Notes under the pieces: model-generated | Told to the model about the DNA's origin: nothing | The model's database searches: none | Seen by the model: only the letters and a program-made list of their open reading frames with translations | Position numbers and translations under genes: made by a program | Virus record (IMG/VR): IMGVR_UViG_3300028588_000015 | Span: 70,721 to 134,720 of that record | Source of the DNA: a virus | Direction: 5' to 3' (one strand) | DNA length: 64,000 nt | In this document: one piece after another, positions 57,859 to 64,000 of the stretch | Layout of the letters: every line of letters starts with the position of its first letter | How positions within the stretch are numbered: position 1 is the first letter of the stretch

Positions 57859-58233
57859 ATGGAACCAAAAATCATCGTGCTCGACGCCGGCACGAAGGTA
57901 CATGAGTTAAAGAAAGTGTGTGCAGAAGGGGTCCCTTATCTGTACGATTATCCACGCGACATCTGTTCTAACCTTGTGCGCTGTGCTACCAACCGTGTGG
58001 CGCCCTATGGCGAACTGATCAAGTACGTGGCAAAAATCAAGCATGGTTCCAACGAAAACATGCCACAGGAGATGCTAGTGCGATTAACCACTGTCGTAGG
58101 TGACCTGGGTTTTTCTTTGATCGAATCCATGAAACGATTAAAAACACACGACATTCAATTAGAAGAGGATGAATGGATGCCGTACCACTTTCACAGTGCG
58201 CGGCGGAACGTCGTGGTACTGGCGAAAAACTGA
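57859..58233 (+). CDS. Paralog family A protein
   Basis: PKIIVLD...MPYHF...VVVL. Confidence 0.65.
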   Translation: MEPKIIVLDAGTKVHELKKVCAEGVPYLYDYPRDICSNLVRCATNRVAPYGELIKYVAKIKHGSNENMPQEMLVRLTTVVGDLGFSLIESMKRLKTHDIQLEEDEWMPYHFHSARRNVVVLAKN

Positions 58234-58240
58234 GGTCACC

Positions 58241-58621
58241 ATGAAACAGCCTCGCTATGTGGTACTAGATTTGAAGGAAAAATTCCGGCGCTTTCGAAAC
58301 TACGTGGCTGACATTCCAATGACTGTGGGTCTCGTGTCAGTATCGCAGCTACTTCAAGAAGTACTGGAGAGTATTCTCAGTGATTGCCAGTACTGGGATA
58401 TATCCATTGGTACGATGTGTCGGAATTGTTTGCAGGTAGTGGACCGCTATGTGCAAAAAGGTGATTTCGAGCCGCGCTTAGACCTTTACACCGTAAGCAC
58501 CGAGTTAGCGTTTGTTGTTAGACAGAAGGTGGAGAAACACAGCCTCGAAGAAGGTGACCGCTTTTTGTATGAATACAAGCAGCACAGTCCAGACGGACTC
58601 TTGGTGCTTAAACTGACGTGA
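58241..58621 (+). CDS. Paralog family A protein
   Basis: PRYVVLD...FLYEY...DGLLVLK. Confidence 0.65.
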   Translation: MKQPRYVVLDLKEKFRRFRNYVADIPMTVGLVSVSQLLQEVLESILSDCQYWDISIGTMCRNCLQVVDRYVQKGDFEPRLDLYTVSTELAFVVRQKVEKHSLEEGDRFLYEYKQHSPDGLLVLKLT

Positions 58622-58654
58622 AAGCCATACATGACATGATCGAATGGGGGGAAC

Positions 58655-59032
58655 ATGCGGCAGCCTAAAGTCATCATCCTCGATTTGCGCGAAGCCAGTG
58701 GTGAATTTTTAGAGAACTTGAAAACAGAATTTGCGGCACCCCAAGAAAGCTGTTTGCAAGCCCTCACAGGCACGCTCGAAGGCGCTTTCATGACAGGCAT
58801 CGGGGCATTGGCGTTTCGCTCCAATGAAAGTCGAAAGTTCTTTTCGAGTACGCCTGTCGACAGTGAACGTATGTTGTTTCGTTTGTACAAGACGCGCCTA
58901 GTCAATGAACTCGGTACCAAGATGTTGCAGCACGGTATCGTAGACGTCGATGACGGTGACTACTACTTAAGTGGTGTCGTACAACAGGGTGTTCTTGTAC
59001 TCAAAGCAAAGGACACTCATGGTAAGACCTAA
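58655..59032 (+). CDS. Paralog family A protein
   Basis: PKVIILD...YYL...GVLVLK. Confidence 0.65.
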   Translation: MRQPKVIILDLREASGEFLENLKTEFAAPQESCLQALTGTLEGAFMTGIGALAFRSNESRKFFSSTPVDSERMLFRLYKTRLVNELGTKMLQHGIVDVDDGDYYLSGVVQQGVLVLKAKDTHGKT

Positions 59033-59387
59033 GATCGTTTTGCTTGATACCGCAGCGGTCTTAGAGCGTTTCCAAGACCACGTAGGGGATTACTTCGACG
59101 AGGAAGAGGAAACGCTCCTAATGACCATTGTGAGGCAAATCTGCGAGCTTTTAGAAGACTGGGACACCGCAGACTTTTTACTCCGAGAAGTGGCCAGCGA
59201 TTTGATCGAGTCACTCAACCTCAAAGAGGGGTCAGAGAAAGCGGTTGCGCTGCGTAAGGGTGTGCTGGAAATCGCGCACACCATTATCGGTAAAATCGAG
59301 CAACACCGCTTGCTCGAAGATGGTATCCTGTATTACAACTTCAGTGGTATGCATGGGTACAATGTTGTATTACGTTCTATTTTTTAG
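59019..59387 (+). CDS. Paralog family A protein
   Basis: PKIVLLD...HRLLEDGILYYNF...VVLR. Confidence 0.65.
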   Translation: MVRPKIVLLDTAAVLERFQDHVGDYFDEEEETLLMTIVRQICELLEDWDTADFLLREVASDLIESLNLKEGSEKAVALRKGVLEIAHTIIGKIEQHRLLEDGILYYNFSGMHGYNVVLRSIF

Positions 59388-59395
59388 GAGGTATT

Positions 59396-59854
59396 ATGGT
59401 GCCACATATTCCCGGTGCCGTGATTCTGGATATACGGCCGGCGTATCGTCAATTTATCAAAGAAGCCAACCCATTTCTCATCGGCACCGATGTTAAACCT
59501 GAAGCAATTATTGAAGAGATTTGGGAAGCCTTCTTTGACAAAGACACGGTCGATGATCGTTTACTTGACACGGTTTGCGACATCGGACGACGTTCTATTT
59601 TTGAACGCGCCAATAACGATTCAGAATCTTTCGTACATGTTCTCACTGACTTCGCACAGGTCATGCAGGCGCGGCTTGAGAGTCATCGTCTGTACGATGG
59701 ACGCGGTTATCTGCCATTCAATATCGAGGTCGAGCCAGACGGTTTGATTGTTTTGAAACGTGATGACCATCTCGACCAGATCCAGCAAGAATGGGACAAG
59801 GGCCAAGAAGAAGTAGAAGAGAACCCAGATGACCTTGAATACCTCGACGAATGA
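59396..59854 (+). CDS. Paralog family A protein
   Basis: PGAVILD...HRLYDGRGYLPF...DGLIVLKR. Confidence 0.65.
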   Translation: MVPHIPGAVILDIRPAYRQFIKEANPFLIGTDVKPEAIIEEIWEAFFDKDTVDDRLLDTVCDIGRRSIFERANNDSESFVHVLTDFAQVMQARLESHRLYDGRGYLPFNIEVEPDGLIVLKRDDHLDQIQQEWDKGQEEVEENPDDLEYLDE

Positions 59855-59900
59855 TATAGGTTCATGTATTCAGTGAACCCAATCCACTAGGGACGCTGTC

Positions 59901-60026
59901 ATGAAGTCATTCGCAGGTAAAATGTTGTTCTGGTTTATCGGTAGCTTCGTTGCCGGTAGTTTTCTTATTCTCTACGCCTGTACCGACCAAGCCGATCAGC
60001 GGGCGCTGGAGTCATCTTCGCAGTAA
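59901..60026 (+). CDS. 41-aa membrane peptide
   Basis: AGGGA RBS; single TM helix. Confidence 0.4.
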   Translation: MKSFAGKMLFWFIGSFVAGSFLILYACTDQADQRALESSSQ

Positions 60027-60028
60027 AG

Positions 60029-60100
60029 CGGCATACACCCCCTCTCTACCCTTCCCAATAACGGGATGGCTGTAGAGAGGGGGTGTATTGCTTTTATGCC
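60029..60100. terminator. Long hairpin between convergent genes
   Basis: ATACACCCCCTCTCTAC...GTAGAGAGGGGGTGTAT, flanked by CGGCAT and TTTTATGCC. Confidence 0.75.
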
Positions 60101-60125
60101 TTATTTTTTGTTTCCTTGGTGCAAC

Positions 60126-60548
60126 TTACTCTTTGATGTACTGATCGAACTCACGGTCGATCAGGTGGCCTTTTTTGCTACCGCCGATCTTTTTCTTGAA
60201 CCCAGCTTTCGTGAAGACAGCAATCGATGCATGGTTATCGGACTCGATCCATGCACGGCCTTTCTTGTTCATATAGAAAATCGTCAAAAAGCCAACGGCT
60301 ACACCTTTGCCACGGTACTTGGGATCAACGAAGATTGAGTCGGTCTGGTAGTACCCATCTGATTTTCGTTTTACCCAAGCCAAACCCGCTAACTCACCCT
60401 CATGGTAGATCAGGTGCATATTGGAGTCAGGCTCTTCGAGAACGCTCTCACCCAAGAAGCGATCCTTCGACGCCATGCGGATAAGTTCGCGGATGCGATC
60501 GTCTTCCTTGTGGCCTTCTAGCGCCATGCGCAAGTATTTACTCATCAT
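60126..60548 (-). CDS. GNAT acetyltransferase
   Basis: IFVDPKYRGKGVA...N.ASI.VF.KAGF; N-terminal LRMALE. Confidence 0.85.
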   Translation of the reverse strand: MMSKYLRMALEGHKEDDRIRELIRMASKDRFLGESVLEEPDSNMHLIYHEGELAGLAWVKRKSDGYYQTDSIFVDPKYRGKGVAVGFLTIFYMNKKGRAWIESDNHASIAVFTKAGFKKKIGGSKKGHLIDREFDQYIKE

Positions 60549-61282
60549 CGTGCCCAAGCCACGAGTGGATTGTCGTGACTCAACATGGCAGCGCGCAAGA
60601 CCTTCTCGCCCATGTATTCCCCCTTGGTGATCGACACGGCTGTGAACTCTTGGTCGTGTTTCCAGCTTTCGGTGTTTTGGTCCACCGGGCCTTCGATCTT
60701 CCAGTACCCCTTGTCGAGGTGAATATTCTTGGAGAACCGAATTCCACCCTCCTTCACGATCTCCGCGTAAAAGGTCATGCGACCCTGCGGGGTCTTTCTT
60801 GAACGCGCCACGTACTGCAAGGAAACACAGAAGAACCGCCCCGCAGTCTCAGGAATGAATTCCGTCGTCTCGGGGCTGTATGACACCATCCAGTGTTCAT
60901 CCGAGGCCGCTTGATCGTGCACCATGCTCTTGTTGGGTTTGAGCGCAGCACCGAAGGGGAGGGCATAAATCTTGTACCCGCCTTTATAGTCCTTCTCTTC
61001 CCCGTCGGAAGCATACTCGAAGAAGTCGCTCTCGGTAGCTGCGTAACCGAGGATACAGCCCAACAGCGTCGGTGCCACATAGACCCGTGTGATGTCCCGG
61101 CATTCGCTGGGTGCACCCCGCAGGGTCAGCTGCGGGATGAATTTGCGAATGTTGGTGTTGGTACTGATGTGGATGAAGTAGTCGATTCCCACTTCCTCCG
61201 GCGTCACCACCGTGGTGTTCTTTTGCACCCGGGCACTACAGTGCTCTAGGTGTTTTTCTAACTTATCCCGATCATTGGCCAT
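60545..61282 (-). CDS. Hypothetical protein
   Basis: FIHIS...F.P...E...I.RV.VAPTL.GC..G motif; coupled to the helicase and GNAT genes. Confidence 0.65.
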   Translation of the reverse strand: MANDRDKLEKHLEHCSARVQKNTTVVTPEEVGIDYFIHISTNTNIRKFIPQLTLRGAPSECRDITRVYVAPTLLGCILGYAATESDFFEYASDGEEKDYKGGYKIYALPFGAALKPNKSMVHDQAASDEHWMVSYSPETTEFIPETAGRFFCVSLQYVARSRKTPQGRMTFYAEIVKEGGIRFSKNIHLDKGYWKIEGPVDQNTESWKHDQEFTAVSITKGEYMGEKVLRAAMLSHDNPLVAWAR

Positions 61283-61294
61283 AATTGTCCTTTT

Positions 61295-62845
61295 CTAGTG
61301 CATGCTGGCAGTTTCCCAAAACTCTTCGCCACCGCCATCAGCCGACAACGCACCGCCACCCACACGTGACAGCGTCGAGTCTTCTTTACCCACGTCATCG
61401 CGCAGTCCACCGATGGGATGGAATCCTATCACCACATGATGAAACTCTTCCGGCAGCGGATCGTTCACACGCTGCTTACCACGCTGGATCGTAAGGTAAG
61501 ATCGCCCGTTGAACTTTTCGATGTGGATGAAGATTTCGCAATCGAATTCGTTGTCGAGCGACGCACAGCCCTTGTAGTAACCCTTGCCGACCAGTTCCTT
61601 GACAAAGCCCGAAGTGTTGAGGCGCAAGATATTACGCTTGGCATCGGTCGAGATTTGGTGCGGGGTGATCAGGGTGATCTTACGGGTGTTGCAGAATTCG
61701 CGCATCCGGGCAAACATGTCTTGCATGTCACCGCCAGCGACACCACCGCCGAAGCAACCGATCGCCGGTACCAGGCCAAGATAGTCGAGGATCAGGGCGT
61801 GGATTTCGTAACCCATGCTCTCGTACTTGATGATCTCGTTACAGATGTCGCGGTACGTCATCTGCTTGGCCTTCATTCGCAGCATCTTGACTTTGTAGCC
61901 GTTGACACCCATCTTCAGGCGCACGTACTTGGCGATGTCTTCTGCGGAAAGACCTTGCAAATCGGCCTTCTGGCCGGTTTCATTCTCGTACAGCGACTTG
62001 TACAGGAACTCGTAGTTCTTCTCCAACGTATCTTCAAACGAGATACGCAGGATGAGTGGCTGCTTAGTGTCGGTCGCATCAAACATGAACGGCTTGTTGT
62101 ACAACGCGATGTGCTTCATGAGGTTCAGCGTAAACCCCGTTTTGAAATTGTGTTGCAGCGCCGCCACGCACACCAAGTCACCACGACGCATGCCGCCTGA
62201 GAGCATGCGGTTCACACCCTGCCAGCCGGTCTTGAGCAGGGATTCGCCGCTTTCTTCCATCTGGACTTGGGTACCGATTGCCGTCATCTCGTCGATGTTG
62301 TCCAGATCGATCTCAGCCACTAGCGCCGGGTGCTTGGTGTTGGCACTGTCAATCGTGTAGGGGTCGAGTTCCCCTTGCAACTGTTGCAGGTACTTGGCCC
62401 AGTTGTCGATCTTCTCCGGTTCGAACTTGGCGGTACGGGCAAACTTCTGGAGAATCTCTTGCGACTTTTCAAACGCAAAATGGTTGTTGAGTTTGCGGTT
62501 CAGGTTGATGCACGTCTTTTGCAGCGTGCGCTCGTCCATGTCGTGTTCGATACCGTCACGGACGGCTTCGTACGAGATGTTGTCTTCGCGCAGGTTCATG
62601 CGCAGTACTTGCAGCATCTCGGTCAGTTCGTAACGATGCGTTGGTGGGTCATTACACATCATGATGGCCGTGTCCTTGAGGCCTTGCAAAATGTCGCGCT
62701 CACTGTCCACACCGAGGTTAATCTCGGGCATCTTAATACGTTCCAGAACTTCGCGCACCAGCTTGTCCGATCGATCGCCGTTGTTCAGTTGACTCTGGCG
62801 ATAGAGTAGGGTAATGCAGGTGATCAAGAGGAGTTTGTTCGTCAT
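61295..62845 (-). CDS. DnaB-like replicative helicase (phiKZ gp118-like)
   Basis: LKTGWQGVNRML.GG.RRG; variant Walker A ALQHNFKTG; ILDYL; ITPHQIS; QRGK. Confidence 0.9.
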   Translation of the reverse strand: MTNKLLLITCITLLYRQSQLNNGDRSDKLVREVLERIKMPEINLGVDSERDILQGLKDTAIMMCNDPPTHRYELTEMLQVLRMNLREDNISYEAVRDGIEHDMDERTLQKTCINLNRKLNNHFAFEKSQEILQKFARTAKFEPEKIDNWAKYLQQLQGELDPYTIDSANTKHPALVAEIDLDNIDEMTAIGTQVQMEESGESLLKTGWQGVNRMLSGGMRRGDLVCVAALQHNFKTGFTLNLMKHIALYNKPFMFDATDTKQPLILRISFEDTLEKNYEFLYKSLYENETGQKADLQGLSAEDIAKYVRLKMGVNGYKVKMLRMKAKQMTYRDICNEIIKYESMGYEIHALILDYLGLVPAIGCFGGGVAGGDMQDMFARMREFCNTRKITLITPHQISTDAKRNILRLNTSGFVKELVGKGYYKGCASLDNEFDCEIFIHIEKFNGRSYLTIQRGKQRVNDPLPEEFHHVVIGFHPIGGLRDDVGKEDSTLSRVGGGALSADGGGEEFWETASMH

Positions 62846-62992
62846 TTTCTTAAGACTTTCGTTTTTCGTGGCACTATTTATTGTAAGGCTGTCTGCTCGG
62901 CGCAAGGTTTTCTTAGGATGACTCTTGGCTTCGTTCATACATGGAGTAACCCATTTTTTAAATTACTGTTCTACTACTTAGGGGGTTCTCAA

Positions 62993-63625
62993 GTGAGCAT
63001 TGGGAATGTGAAAAACAAGCTTTCTTCGGTGATTTTTATCCCGTATTGGATTGCCGAAACCATCCAGCGAATGGGTCTGGCGTTGAGCGATGTCGTGGAC
63101 TACGAAAAGATTCGCCCGACGCTCTCCATGCATGATATGGCAGGCTTCATGGCCGTGCAGTATGAATCCGACCGTTTGCTGTATTCCGGATCGCCCGGCG
63201 ACGGTCCGGTCAGCTGTATGGGAAACGACCTCATCACGGTGTGGCGGTTCCTCACCCACGCTTGGCCGGTTGAGCAAGGCACGTTCAGTGTCGGCAAAAA
63301 AACGTCGGAAGATTTCAACCGGACGTACGAATATGCGGGCGATGCCACCGTCAAAGGCGACGTTGTATCCAGATTGTATGGACAAGCTGTAAAGCAAGCG
63401 CGCTATGACCATGCCTTCGATGTGGTCAATCTGGCACCGCAAGTGGTCGGGGTGGTTGTTTATCCCGGTTACTTTGACCAAGCCAAAATCGATCTGTCCC
63501 TGCAACACCAATTGATCTGTTCCTTGATGCAAGTATTTTATGCACAAGGTGCGCCCTACGAACAAATCGCGGCTACCGCAATTTATCGTAGACATCTCGA
63601 ACTATTATCTGGCGAGCAAAGCTAA
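62993..63625 (+). CDS. Putative virion protein (phiKZ gp119 position)
   Basis: Synteny between the helicase and the capsid gene. Confidence 0.55.
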   Translation: MSIGNVKNKLSSVIFIPYWIAETIQRMGLALSDVVDYEKIRPTLSMHDMAGFMAVQYESDRLLYSGSPGDGPVSCMGNDLITVWRFLTHAWPVEQGTFSVGKKTSEDFNRTYEYAGDATVKGDVVSRLYGQAVKQARYDHAFDVVNLAPQVVGVVVYPGYFDQAKIDLSLQHQLICSLMQVFYAQGAPYEQIAATAIYRRHLELLSGEQS

Positions 63626-63690
63626 GTAATACTTTGAGGCCACATGCCCCAAAAGCACATTTCCATTAACTAGGATAAGGTTCCTGAACC

Positions 63691-64000
63691 ATGTCGAAAT
63701 TCTCCACCAAAGCCGGCGGTCAACGCACCGACGCTTCCCAAGCAAACCTGACCGGCCTGGCGACCATGGTGTCGCAACTGAAAGCCGACACCCAACACAA
63801 GCCGGGCGCCACGCTGGTACCGGCCTCCGTCGCCCAGACCGTCGTCGCCATGGAAGGTTACAGCGACGCCGACGTCAACGACATGACCAGCGCCCTGAAG
63901 GGCCTGAAGTCGTCGCTGGAAAGCTATTTCGGCGGTTTCCAGATCCAGCCGACCGAACACCAGAAAGAAGCCGCCATGTTCGGCGCCGCCCTGGCTGCGG
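63691..64000 (+). CDS. Major capsid protein, N-terminal part (phiKZ gp120-like; runs off the window)
   Basis: Open frame MSKFSTKAGG...VAMEG...QKEAAMFGAALA with extreme codon bias; AME processing-type site; synteny with the helicase. Confidence 0.75.
   Translation, partial: MSKFSTKAGGQRTDASQANLTGLATMVSQLKADTQHKPGATLVPASVAQTVVAMEGYSDADVNDMTSALKGLKSSLESYFGGFQIQPTEHQKEAAMFGAALAA

Noticed and set aside
63670..63960. 96-aa minus-strand ORF
   Set aside because: Antisense to the capsid gene start at 63691, which the ORF track omits because it runs off the window.
1..64000. CRISPR array, tRNA genes, transposases, alternative genetic code
   Set aside because: No regularly spaced repeats, cloverleafs or transposase motifs seen; known genes translate intact with the standard code.

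Overview
This window is a segment of a phiKZ-like (Chimalliviridae-type) jumbo phage genome. The host is probably a Burkholderiales betaproteobacterium, inferred from the dCTP deaminase sequence. Layout: about 1-13.4 kb holds virion/tail-fibre genes; 13.5-16.2 kb an acyltransferase-3 (ExoH-like) gene, a GC-rich secreted-protein gene with a structured 3' tail, and a structural gene; 16.3-60 kb a + strand accessory region; and 60-64 kb the core block (GNAT, phiKZ-type DnaB helicase on the - strand, gp119-like gene, start of the major capsid gene). The accessory region carries nucleotide-metabolism genes (tmk, thyA with large inserts, folA, dcd, NUDIX), two BCS1-like AAA ATPases, likely counter-defence genes (Tad1-like sponge, NADAR, orphan HigA-like antitoxin, QueC-like, SLOG), alpha-CTD-like proteins and two diverged paralog families. 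The most notable non-coding signal is a ~600-nt highly paired RNA candidate at 31205-31808, closed by a long terminal helix, followed by a terminator and lying directly downstream of the Tad1-like gene. Also seen: two other structured RNA candidates, about 16 hairpins carrying a fixed TTTATGCC(G) tail, and a repeated CACATATYAC promoter-like motif. All calls were made by eye from motifs; no searches or folding programs were run.
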